Shown piece after piece: positions 28,170-40,723 of a stretch of DNA of 64,000 bases. The DNA lies in assembly GCA_951406725.2 (NCBI GenBank), contig OX597832.1, positions 43,090,001-43,154,000 of the forward strand, given 5' to 3'. This DNA is from Octopus vulgaris. Lineage: Eukaryota. The position numbers were made by a program, and so were the translations under genes. Each line of letters begins with the position of its first letter. The first letter of the stretch is position 1. The notes under the pieces were generated by a model. The model saw nothing but the letters and a program-made list of their open reading frames with translations. It was not told where the DNA came from and made no database searches.

Positions 28170-28584
28170 CTCTCTTTTACTCTTTTACTTGTTTCAGTCA
28201 TTTGACTGTGGCCATGCTGGAGCACCGCCTTTATTCGAGCAATTCGACCCCAGGACTTATTCTTTGTAAGCCTAGTACTTATTCTATCAGACTCTGTTGC
28301 TGAACCGCTAAGTTACGGGGACAGACGCAAATACACCAGCATCGGTTGTCAAACGATGTTGGGCGGACAAACACAGATATACAAACACACACACACACAC
28401 ACATATATATATACGTATATCCGACGGACTTCTTTCAGTTTCCGTCTACAAAATCCACTCACAAGGCTTTGGTTTGCCCAAGGCTATAGTAGAAGACACT
28501 TGCCCAAGTTGCCACGCAGTGGGACTGAACCTGGAACCATGTGGTTCGTAAGCAAGCTACTTACCACACAGCCACTCCTATGCC

Positions 28585-28585
<1 letters not shown>
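28170..28585 (-). mobile_element. SINE family A, full length
   Basis: Reverse-complement match to the 25502 copy. Confidence 0.93.
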
Positions 28586-28669
<84 letters not shown>

Positions 28670-29529
28670 TAATAAATATAAGGGTAGCAAAAAATTCTAG
28701 AAAAAATTCTCCGTTGTATATATATATATATACACACATACATAGATAAATATATGTATGTGTGTGTGTATATATATGTATGTTTTTATATATATATATA
28801 TATATGTATGTATGAATGTATATATGCAAAAATAAGTGCTTGTATGTGTGTGTATGTGTGTATGTATGTGTGAGTGTTTGTGTGTGCGTATGTGTGTGTG
28901 AGAGATAGAGAAAGAGAGTGATAACGGGCGGCGCTGACGGCATTATGTAATTAATAACTGTTCTTGAAATTAATAATTAAAGATATAGAAACCAGTGAAA
29001 GCGTGATGCAATTCTGAGAGTAGAGACTTCTCATTTATTAATTGCTATACATATTTATGTGAGTCTATGTGAAAGCCAGTGTGAGTGTGTTTTATGGGTT
29101 ATTTCAAATAAATAACTGTTGTTTTTTGTTTCAATGCTTTGCTTTATTTCAGAATACATCTATAGATTTTTACCAACTCTATTTGAAAGAAAGAGAGAAA
29201 TATTTTGTCTTTAATTGCAACAATAGTAAGTTGAAAAGTAGTATCTTTATGAATGGTTAAAGAGAGTACTCAGTTGCTAGTAAAATCTCGACATATATCT
29301 GAAAATTGCCTGGCCGAATATATTTTTTTTAGTTTCTTTTGTCCCAGGAGACACTGTATACACAAGATGTTTATGACTTCTTTCTAATCTTTTTTTAAAT
29401 AGTGGGGAAAAGAGGTGAGGGAGGGTGGGCATTAAAAGTCAATGAGTCACAATCGACGTTATCATTAACATTATACAGAATACGCTCGATATATATATAT
29501 CTGCCTATGTCTAACGAAACATACACACA

Positions 29530-29580
<51 letters not shown>

Positions 29581-29583
29581 CTA

Positions 29584-29629
<46 letters not shown>

Positions 29630-29944
29630 TATACAGACAGTTATCGCACTCTCGTTATTATTTCCAACTTAGTCCATCACAGATTCCCTATAAATCCTCA
29701 TTTTCCTCTAATTAGTAACATAACTGGTATTACCAACTATTCTCGTATGGCTATGTGTGCACCAAACGGCTCTTGTATGTGTTTGTATGTATGCATTTTA
29801 TTGTGTGCGTTTGTTTGCGGGGTGGGGGAGGGGACGTGTTTATTTTTACTTTAATGAATGTCATCATAGTCGTTATTTTAAATTGATGGAATGACTACAT
29901 ACATTATACCCTGGCTGAATTTCCCGGCGTTGGACTCAATATGA

Positions 29945-30385
29945 AGATAAACTTAGATATGTTTCGACCAAAGATTGGTCCAGGCCATGTCTAACTTAAT
30001 AGCACCACCTGATAGGATTATTCGAATCCTGTTTAAGTCAAGTTTTGTTTAAGTCAAGTTTTGTTCAAGTAGTGAGTTCTTGTTGGGTGAGTTGTATCCA
30101 ATTATGGGTGGCTTATCTGGTATTCTTTGAAAGAATCTATCCAGACTCTGTTTAAAGTTGATGGGATCCTTTTCCTCTTTGATCTCCCTCGGGACAATGT
30201 TAAATAGGGCAGGGCCTGTTGAGGAAAAGAAATTATGTTGCAGTGTACATGTATGTTGTGATCTTGAATTGGGCAGGGGACGTATGGCCCGTGGTCCCAG
30301 TCTTGGATGAACCTTGAAGCTAATGTTAAGGTCGTTTGGGCAAAGTTGGCGGTATATTCGCCACATCGTACAAATGATGTAATAT
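29945..30385 (-). mobile_element. CR1/L2-superfamily LINE 3' end (ORF2 C-terminus + 3' UTR)
   Basis: YIICTMWRIY...NFFSSTGPALFNIVPREIK...FKQSLDRFFQRIPDKP...NSLLE; 3' stem-loop GACC-AATCTTT-GGTC-GAAAC. Confidence 0.8.
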
Positions 30386-30484
30386 ATTTTTTTCTCATAA
30401 TTATTTCAAAATAACTTTATTTTATTAAAAAAAATATCCAAATTGTAATTATAATAGAATTTAGAACTGAAAATCTGTGACTCT

Positions 30485-30800
30485 TGAAATGCCTCAGGGT
30501 AAACAATATTCATTGAGTAATTTTTTGTTGGTGTCCAAATGGATAAATAGTTGTTGCTTCCAACTCGTGAGCAAGCAACACAGAGTTGGCCGTGGGAGAA
30601 GCATGGAGTAGAGAGATGCAGTCCAACTACCTTCAGGTTATTTACCCTGAGATTTGTTAATTGAAATACCAAAACTTAGTCTGACTGGAAACTGAAGCGT
30701 CTTAAATTCAAATGGAACATCTGTAGGTATGAGAGGAAATTTTGGATTAAAGACATTTTCTTCTTTGTGACTACCTGTTATAAATTGTTGCCTGTAGGAC
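30485..30800 (-). pseudogene. Helitron RepHel PIF1-type helicase, C-terminal fragment
   Basis: PLIPTDVPFEFKTLQFPVRLSFGISINKSQG / LKVVGLHLSTPCFSHGQLCVACSRVG...NIVYPEA (helicase motifs V-VI), frameshifted. Confidence 0.93.
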
Positions 30801-30859
30801 ATGGGGCTTCATGGTGGTGGTATAAAATCTCCTTTACTTATATAGTTGACTATAGAAAG

Positions 30860-31050
30860 ATTATTTTAGATAAAATGTTATATTGTTTTAATCCAAATGA
30901 AAATGAAAATTACATGTTGACACTCGCGGAGTCTAATATTATTACCTTGAAAAAAATTTGATTTGATTTGATTTGGTCGAGCCGTTTGAGAATGCATAGG
31001 GAACAGACAGATAGGCAGACAGGCAGACAAAGAATTTTATACAGAGAGAG
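30860..31050 (-). mobile_element. Helitron-type 5' terminal region
   Basis: Minus strand A|TCTCTCTCTGTATAAAATT, (GTCT)n-like tract, AAACGGCTCGACCAAATC; lies upstream of the helicase remnant in the same orientation. Confidence 0.6.
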
Positions 31051-31558
31051 ATTTGTATGTATTTCTTCTACAAATACTTTTTGTCATCTATGTTTTGTAT
31101 CATTTATGTTCTCTTTGTTTTTCACTCTATGTAAACCTTCCCCGACATTTTTACAACCCAAAATCCTTTTTTGCTCCATTCTGAAAAAATATATATTAGT
31201 CTTCCTCGCGCATTAACTGCTATAATGCGTGGAAAGACACACACACGGGCACACTTGCAAGCATAAACAAGTAAAATCGATTATAAGTGTACAGTAAAGT
31301 CAGGAATGGAAAATACAAAATTTGGGACATAGTCTTTCTTCAGGTGAAAAGCTAAAAGGAGAGAAATTAACGACAACCTTAGGGGATCTCTGCTGTCTCC
31401 CATTAATTTATCTCCTTTCGACTAAAGAAGGACCGTGCCCGAAACGCTGGATTTTTCACTCTTTACAGAAAATTCACTGCACTCTTTTTAAACCGATTTC
31501 AGTGTATAAGTCTTGCCTACGCCGAACAACACCAGTCCCATTTAAGTCTGTTTTGGAT

Positions 31559-31608
<50 letters not shown>

Positions 31609-31612
31609 CTAA

Positions 31613-32025
31613 TTTCTTTCTTTTCTTTTCTTTTATTTGTTTCAGTCATTTGACTGCGGCCATGCTGGAACACCGCCTTTAGTCGAGCAAATCGACCCCG
31701 GGACTTATTCTTTGTAAGCCCAGTACTTATTCTATCGGTCTCTTTCGCCGAACCGCTAAGTGACGGGAACGTAAACACACCAGCATCGGTTGTCAAGCAA
31801 TGCTAGAGGGACAAACACAGACACACAAACACACACACATACATATATATATGCATATATACGACAGGCTTCTTTCAGTTTCCGTCTACCAAATCCACTC
31901 ACAAGGCTTTGGTCGGCCCGGGGCTATAGCAGAAGACGCTTGCCCAAGATGCCACGCAGTGGGACTGAACCCGGAACCATGTGGTTGGTTAGCAAGCTAC
32001 TTACCACACAGCCACTCCTGCGCCT
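31613..32025 (-). mobile_element. SINE family A, full length
   Basis: Reverse-complement match to the 25502 copy. Confidence 0.93.
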
Positions 32026-32467
32026 ATGTTATTTTATAACTGTTATTTTGGCTTGGTGAACGTTAGTGTTTACTAAAGTGAGGAACGTAGGTGTTCTATA
32101 CGTGATGTAGAACTGTTTTTTATCACAATGTAATTTGAAACTTCTTAAATCGTAGCCTCGAATTGCACGTAACAAATCACTTATGTGATTGAAGTAGGGA
32201 GGCAGCGTGACAATATGCAGCAAAGAAGACATTCGAACACATCTATATATTATGAGTCAACAGTAGATCGTAATTATAATGGTCATCGAAAAGAAACGTT
32301 AGAATATGCGTCACACATTCGTCTATTCAAACTGGCATGCATAGAAGCATGTTGAAATGAAATTTTATCTCTTCACGTGCAAAAGAAACACGTGATAGTT
32401 TCATGTCTCTAGTCACACATGTATAATTAAAAACATTCACACAAAAATTGTACGTTGCGGGACTAAA

Positions 32468-32526
32468 GTAGTAGTAGTAGTAGTAGTAGTAGTAGCAGCA
32501 GCAGCAGTAGTAGCAGCAGCAACAAC

Positions 32527-32558
<32 letters not shown>

Positions 32559-32561
32559 CAA

Positions 32562-32648
<87 letters not shown>

Positions 32649-32853
32649 TTTTATTTTGAGTTGCAGTGATCATAATAGCGTGAAAAGCGTTAAAGAGAGA
32701 AAAAAGAAATGAATAGAAGAAAAAAGTGAAAAAGAAGAAAAGAACTGAACGATGATGATGATGATGAGGATGTTGCTGTTGTTGTTGTTGATGATGATGA
32801 TGAGGATGAGGATGAGGATGATGAATAACGGGAGCAAGAAAGAGAATGGGGGC

Positions 32854-32903
<50 letters not shown>

Positions 32904-32925
32904 ATGGTAGTAGTAGTAGTAATAT

Positions 32926-32990
<65 letters not shown>

Positions 32991-33050
32991 ATGGTAGTAG
33001 TAGTAGTAGTATTTGTAGTAGTAGTAGTAGAAGTAGTAGTAGTAGTAGTA

Positions 33051-33082
<32 letters not shown>

Positions 33083-33198
33083 GATGGTGGTAGTAGTAGT
33101 GATGGTGGTGGTGGTGGTGGTGGTAGTGGTAGTAGTAGTAGTAGTAGGAGGAGGAGGAGGAGGAGGAGGAGGAGGAGGATGAAGAGGAGGAGGAGGAA
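32468..33198. repeat. (TAG)n/(CAG)n/(GAT)n/(GAG)n microsatellite block
   Basis: Read directly. Confidence 0.95.
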
Positions 33199-33591
33199 GT
33201 GTGTAAGGCCAATCGGAACGAAATTCTGCTGCAACAAAGCAAAAAAAAATAATAAACGGCCATTTGTTTTCGAGCCTAAGCTCTCTCTCGGTCGCCCGAT
33301 TTCTTCTCGTCTCGTCTTGTGCCATATTTACAAACGATACACTTAGGAACTGTCCCGAACTGGCAAAGATGCCAGCGTCAGTAATATGGCACAAGACCAT
33401 TGTTCGCAGCCAACAAACTGATTAGATCTAACCACAAAATACTAATTAGCCGACGAAAAACAATGAATATCTTGTTTTGTTTATACACATACGTACGAAC
33501 ATACTTGCATATATGTGCACATATATATATATATACATATATATATATATGTGTGTGTGTATGTATATATATATGTATATATATATATGTA

Positions 33592-33642
<51 letters not shown>

Positions 33643-33681
33643 ATGTATATATATATATATATATATATGTATGCATGTATG

Positions 33682-33859
<178 letters not shown>

Positions 33860-35250
33860 ATGTATATACACACATATTTATATGATGGCCGATTGATAAA
33901 TTGTGGAAATGCCAGACGAGATGCCGATGTTTCGTCTTTTGTGAAAATTACTGTGAAACAGGGTAGGTGTCAGGGTGTTTCAGCGCCCTAATCTAGCCCT
34001 ACAATGAATTCCCTTTTCTCCCAGATTTCGCTGTTTGCTGAATACAGACAATAGCAATAGTTTATTTTAAAAAATGGGGTCAGCTGATAGAATCGTTAGC
34101 TCATTAGAAATTACGCTTAGCAATATTTTTTTTTGTTTGTAGATCTTTACGTTCTGAGCTCAAATCCCACTGAGAAGTCGATAAAATATAGTGTCGAAGC
34201 AGACGACACTGGAGTCGAAGCAGACGACTAACCGCTTCTCTCAAAATTACTGTTTTTTTTTGCCAAATTTGGAAAGATTATTGAATCAATAGTGAAACTA
34301 GTGGTGATTCACTTTTCTAATACTAATTAAACATCGTACAGACAATGACAGATGTGGATATTAAAACTGTGGTCTAAGAAATAATTTCTTACAATGTTTT
34401 TTCTTCTTTCTATAAACATGAAAATTTTCGAATTCATCTATGCAATTTGCCAAAATCTATCGTATTTGCCAGTGGGTTTGTTTTTTTATTCATAAATGTA
34501 TCTAAAAACTTTTTTACGTTTATATATTTGTTTTGCAAGATTTTTGATGTGAAATCGTGTGTTGAATCAGATATTGTTGTATTTAGGAATGGTCATTTTG
34601 CCAGTTTAGCCAATAAAAATTTCCCTGCCAGTAAATGGGATATCAGTTATTGCAGGTTATGATTCTGGATAAGCATAAGTTCGGTAGTTATAACAATTCT
34701 TACTAATAAAATATCGAAAACGAGCCAAAATATCACAACCTGTTAGCATAAGTCTTACGAAAAATTGCTAACTCTACGTTAGAATTCATGTAGAGAAGTT
34801 GCATCATCTCATTATACCTCCATCCCTAGAATACATAACCAATATTTAATATGTGTCTTATATTATCTAATGATTGTGTTACATTTAACAAAACGTTTAT
34901 AATCATCTAAATGAAAATTATCTACAATGAATGGATAACGACAAAGTTATTGCGGAGGTGTGCCACGCAGGTGATCGATCGCAGTATCTCGAAATATCAT
35001 AGCCAAAAACACGGATTTTTCCCCAACAAAATAATTTTAAAATATCTTTCAATATGTGAAACCTCACAAAATAAACTTGTAAAATTGATCTATATCTTAT
35101 GTGAGAGACTTCTTTTACGATCCAAATACGGTACATCGATTATAAAGCGTTTACTTTAATAGCTAGATATCTAGCACAGCTGAGACTGATCATATAGTTG
35201 GGTCAATAAATTCAACACATTGGCTCTATATTCGGTATATATATATATAA

Positions 35251-35553
35251 GGAGGCGCAAGTGCCCAGTAGTTAGGGCAGCGGACTCGCGGTCGTAGGAT
35301 CGAGGTTTCGATTCCCAGACCGGGTGTTGTGAGTGTTTATTGAGCGAAAACACCTAAGAGCTCCACGAGGCTCCGGCAGGGGGTGGTGATCCCTGCTGTA
35401 CTCTTTCACCACTCTTTCTCCCACTCTTTCTTCTGTTGGCCTGCTCGTTTAGCCAGCGAGGTGGCGTCATTTGAAGGCTAAAACAATACGAAGCGCATTG
35501 TGACCAGCGATATGTAACAACATCTGATAGCCTGGTCGGTCACGGTGATTACG

Positions 35554-35557
<4 letters not shown>
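35251..35557 (+). mobile_element. SINE family D, full length, between TA tracts
   Basis: Match to the 24611 copy. Confidence 0.9.
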
Positions 35558-35613
<56 letters not shown>

Positions 35614-35636
35614 ATGATGCCCAACGATCTGCTACG

Positions 35637-35860
35637 AGAAGCCTCTACGTGGTCTTTCAATATATTAGAAATAGCAAGCAAATCTCCACCAAAGTACACT
35701 CTTACCTCTTAGAAAAGAAGGAAATCATGGATATTTTGTTGCTGACTCTATCGTGTTTTGGGAAATACAGGATGATCACGGCTAGAAATCATTTCATCAT
35801 TCATTGATCTGCTCATTTTGGACTAACCTATGTCCAAACAAAAACATCAACTACGATAAC
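35637..35860 (+). mobile_element. Old interspersed repeat tail (also near 11330, 18745, 45660, 46440)
   Basis: GCCTCT.CGTGGTC...GAAATAGCA...GATG.TCACGGCT.GAA...TTTGATCAT...(AAC)n pattern shared between these sites. Confidence 0.6.
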
Positions 35861-37496
35861 AAAAACAAAATGAATAACAGCATTTCCTTTCTTGGAGCAA
35901 AATGGCTGTGTTGAATCTACATTCAGTTTGTTTAATCAACAAGTTACACGGTTAAAATTTGCCCTGTGTAATCTAGCGCTGAATACTTTTCCAGTAACAA
36001 TAATCCCGTGGAACCAAAGAGAGAGTATCTTGAACGCTCGATGATGATTCAAATGAAGCAACAAGAGAGCCCTTTTGAACCAACGAAGAAGGATCCCTTG
36101 ATCCATCGAGAGAACTATTTTGAACCAACGGTAGTAAATATACATGCATTAACCAAGTGACCAAAAGTGAAGGGAGCAATATTCTCCTGGGGATAGGGAA
36201 TTCCCTAAGAAGTTCTCCTGCTTGCATTAAATGTGACCCCCAAAATTGTTAGACTGGTGTTTCTCAACAACGACCTGGAAGAAAACATTCAATAATCCAC
36301 AAAGTTTGCTTTAAATTTGAAGAGGATGCAACTCTTAGCATGAAGTGTATGTTCTCTTGGTCATATTTCAAAGCGTATGTTTTTATAAATCAAAATCAGA
36401 GGACAGCTAGCTTCGGAATAGCTGACAAGTAAAAAGGACGACTAAGCGTTTAAACTCACAATATGGGGGAAAAAAATTCGATTATGTTACATTTCTGTAG
36501 AAGATCTTACACATGTGATTAGCAGTTTCTCAAAATTGTCATCAAGGTACAACTTCCCACTGCGGCATCATTTTGTTACTAAAACAATATATCATGTCCA
36601 TAGGAAAGATTGCTCTCAGATAAATGTAAAGAATATATTCCTGTTATTGAACACAAACATAACAGAAGGAATGTGTGGAATATTCTCATCAAAATTTCTG
36701 CCAAGAGAAAATATAACAGACTCGTTTGTTGTTTGAGGTATGAAAGAAGAATCCTGTGTCATCACAGAGGGCATCTGTCTTCCCGTGGATATTTGTGGGC
36801 ATTTGTTTCAAAAGCTAGAGCTTTGAATTCGCTTTTATATCAATAGAATTAATGATGCATTTCTAGAACAGCTAAGATTTTCCCTAAAGAAAGTAATCAG
36901 CTTACACGTACAACAAAAACGGTCTGTAAACCAAACAACAATTATACATGTGAAACTATATTAAATATCGACATGAAAAGCTCATCATTCTGTTCAAATT
37001 ACAGTTTTGTTTCTTTAGAAGAAACCGTTGTGTCCTCATAGGAAGAATTCAAATTATTAAAAACATAAAAAAACGTACATACACATACACGCACGCACAG
37101 ATACATACAGGTACACATACAACCATACATGTGAAGATATATACACAAACACATACACAAACACAAACAAACATGCGTGAGGACACAAGCATTCATACTG
37201 ACATACATGCAGACATAGACAGATAAACACATAGATATATACACACAATCATGCTTATATGCATAGATATAAATACGTAATCTAAGTATATATACATAGA
37301 TACATATACACACACGTTTATACGCACATACATTGCCACATCGTCAGACATACATACACATCTGTTACGACAGACACAGACAAGAGAAGAAGGGAGAGGC
37401 AGGCCATGTCAATTTTTGAGATACCTTCTATAAACTTGGGTAACGTCTGGTACGGCCGCTAGAATGTGTGAGTGCGTTCGTCTGCGCACGCTAGGA

Positions 37497-37517
37497 AGAT
37501 AGGTAGATAGATAGATT

Positions 37518-37583
<66 letters not shown>

Positions 37584-37606
37584 CATATAGATAGATAGGT
37601 AGATAA

Positions 37607-37674
<68 letters not shown>

Positions 37675-37761
37675 GCAGACAGACAGGCAGACAGACAGAC
37701 GGACAGATAGATAGATAGATAGATAGATAGTTAGATAGATAAATAGATAGATATAGATAGA

Positions 37762-37793
<32 letters not shown>

Positions 37794-37870
37794 AAGATAG
37801 ACAGACAGAAAGATAGACAGAGAGAAAGATAGACAGACAGACAGACAGATAGATAGATAGATAGATAGAT
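37497..37870. repeat. (GATA)n/(GACA)n compound array, left of the LINE
   Basis: Read directly. Confidence 0.95.
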
Positions 37871-38622
37871 ATGTTTCTTTATTAGCCACACAGGGCTGCA
37901 CACAGATAGAACAAATTACAAGGTAGAGCTTTTCTTTTGGAAGGTTTAAGAAAAAAAAAAAAAAAAAGGAAGGGGGAGTTTCGATCAAAAGGGATCGTAA
38001 AAGGAGAGAAAGAGGACAAAAAAAAGGGGGTTTAAAAAAAAGGGGGGAGGAAAAAAAATTGATCAATAGGGATCGTTATCACAGAAATGTCAATATGAAG
38101 TGTAAAGGGGAGGACAGGTGAGGTTTACCCGTGCAAAGAAAAGCCTACGGAAAAGACCACGGTAACCTCGGTCAATGATGTCACATTTTATGTTTCTTTT
38201 TTTTTTTTTTTGCAAATAAGCAACTCTCTGTTTTCGATTTCTGGGTTCATAGGACTATGCTCAAGGTGGCTTCGTCATTCATACGTGCCATTCTTGCTAC
38301 TTTCACCCATCTTTTTTTAAAACATTCGCTAGACAAAACTTGCCTCTCTACTCTCACTTTCCTTTTCAAGTGGTACTTGAAGAAGTTGATGAGAGATTGA
38401 CCAGAGAGGAAAGTGTTTGTCTCCAATCCTTTCAGACGCGTCCACCAGATACATTCTTTCGCCATAGCCACAAGGATGATGAAAATAGCTCTTCCTTCCC
38501 GTTTGAAGGAAGGAGGCGTGACAATATTGACGATAGACTCAGCTGATAAACCGACTCGTCCCACACGTGACAGCAGTTGTTCGACATAAGCCCACAGGTC
38601 GGAAATTGTTGGACACTGAACG

Positions 38623-38624
<2 letters not shown>
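37871..38624 (-). mobile_element. 5'-truncated Tx1/L1-clade LINE: open ORF2 C-terminus (38247-38624) + complete 3' UTR
   Basis: [18 protein letters not shown]...AKECIWWTR...FKKRW, the usual post-zinc-knuckle segment of L1/Tx1 ORF2, uninterrupted to the stop; AATAAA then (TATC)n. Confidence 0.85.
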
Positions 38625-38674
<50 letters not shown>

Positions 38675-38727
38675 AAGATAGACAGACAGAAAGATAGACA
38701 GAGAGAAAGATAGACAGACAGACAGAC

Positions 38728-38794
<67 letters not shown>

Positions 38795-38827
38795 AAGATA
38801 GACAGACAGAAAGATAGACAGACAGAC

Positions 38828-38914
<87 letters not shown>

Positions 38915-38979
38915 AAGATAGACAGACAGAAAGATAGACAGAGAGAAAGATAGACAGACAGACAGATAGATAGATAGAC

Positions 38980-39052
<73 letters not shown>
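38625..39052. repeat. (GATA)n/(GACA)n compound array with a higher-order unit of about 120 bp
   Basis: GACAGACAGACAGAAAGATA at 38661, 38781 and 38901. Confidence 0.93.
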
Positions 39053-39053
<1 letters not shown>

Positions 39054-39206
39054 ATAGAAAGGATCTGAATACGTGTGAGAGAGAAAAAAAACAGTGTATG
39101 TCTCTGTGTGCAAGACATATGTAAGAGACAGGAAAGGTGTATATAAATTGCTGTGAGGAAGTATGTTGATGTGTGTGTGTGTGCATGTGTGTGTGTGTGT
39201 GTGGTT

Positions 39207-39252
<46 letters not shown>

Positions 39253-40121
39253 CGTGTGAGTTACGTGAGTTAAATGCAGAGAAAAACGGAAAGCGAATAA
39301 ATCTATACCTGGTAATATATGTACGTGTGCATGCGTGTGTGCTTCTGTGTTTGTGTGTGTGTGTGCGTGTGTTACGTGCGTGTGATAAACAGACAGACAG
39401 ACTGACAGACAGACAATGAGAGAGAATATCTACATGTATTTGTGTTTTCGATTGTGTATGTATGATTGTGTATGAATGCGATAAGTGTGTCTTCGTGAGT
39501 GAGAGCGAAAGACGAGAATCAGCGAGAGAAAGACGTACACACATACACACACAGAGCCGCGATGAACGCGCTGCGAATCTGTACGTTAGCGCGGATGTAT
39601 ATATGTACGCGTGTATGTGTATCTGTGTCTACTACAAATGTGTATATACGAAATAATGAAAGAACAATCTTGTTATATATGCAAATATAAGATAATAAGA
39701 TAAGCGACAGATGTGGTTGACCTAGTTCTGCTCTTTTAAATAACTTGCACATTCAAAATGGCTGCTGCTTCTGCTGCTGCTGTTCAGTTTTAGTGGAAAA
39801 AATATACCCAGCATTCCTTGCAAGATGTACATGAAGTAGATAAAGAGAGGGAGGTGTAGTGAGGGGAAAATATAGAAAAAAAACAATAAGAATAACACCA
39901 CTGCGACCAGAAATTAAAAAAAATACATGAACGTATATACATACATAGATATGAATAAATAAATATATACACACACATATATAAATAAATATACATATAG
40001 ACATATAAATAAATATACACACACGCACACAAAAGCACGTATACACAGCCATGCACACACTAAGAAACAAACTTATGTGTGTTTATATAAAAGCATACCT
40101 ATATACATATATAGGCATATG

Positions 40122-40129
<8 letters not shown>

Positions 40130-40176
<47 letters not shown>

Positions 40177-40376
40177 GTAATATACACAGACATGTGTTCA
40201 TGCGAGTGGGTACATGTATGGAGTGATCCATACATATACACGCAATATATAATTATACTTTATTATTATATATACTAACGCACACAAAGCTATGTACATA
40301 ATCGCATAAACATTTAGAAATATAAAAACGCTCCTACACACATACATACATATATTCCATACATACACACACACAC

Positions 40377-40408
<32 letters not shown>

Positions 40409-40589
40409 GTAATATACACAGACATGTGTTCATGCGAGTGGGTACATGTATGGAGTGATCCATACATATACACGCAATATATAATTATACTTTATTATTA
40501 TATATACTAACGCACACAAAGCTATGTACATAATCGCATAAACATTTAGAAATATAAAAACGCTCCTACACACATACATACATATATTC

Positions 40590-40640
<51 letters not shown>
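40130..40640. repeat. 232-bp direct tandem duplication
   Basis: GTAATATACACAGACATGTGTTCATGCGAG at 40177 and 40409; the unique parts appear identical. Confidence 0.93.
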
Positions 40641-40672
<32 letters not shown>

Positions 40673-40723
40673 TCATACATATCTGCTTAGATACATGTAT
40701 ATGTACATACACACACATAAATA

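Noticed and set aside
35880-36880. 1 kb of unique sequence with several short ORFs
   Set aside because: No recognisable motif in any frame; only a faint TTTGAACCAACG duplication. Needs blastx.
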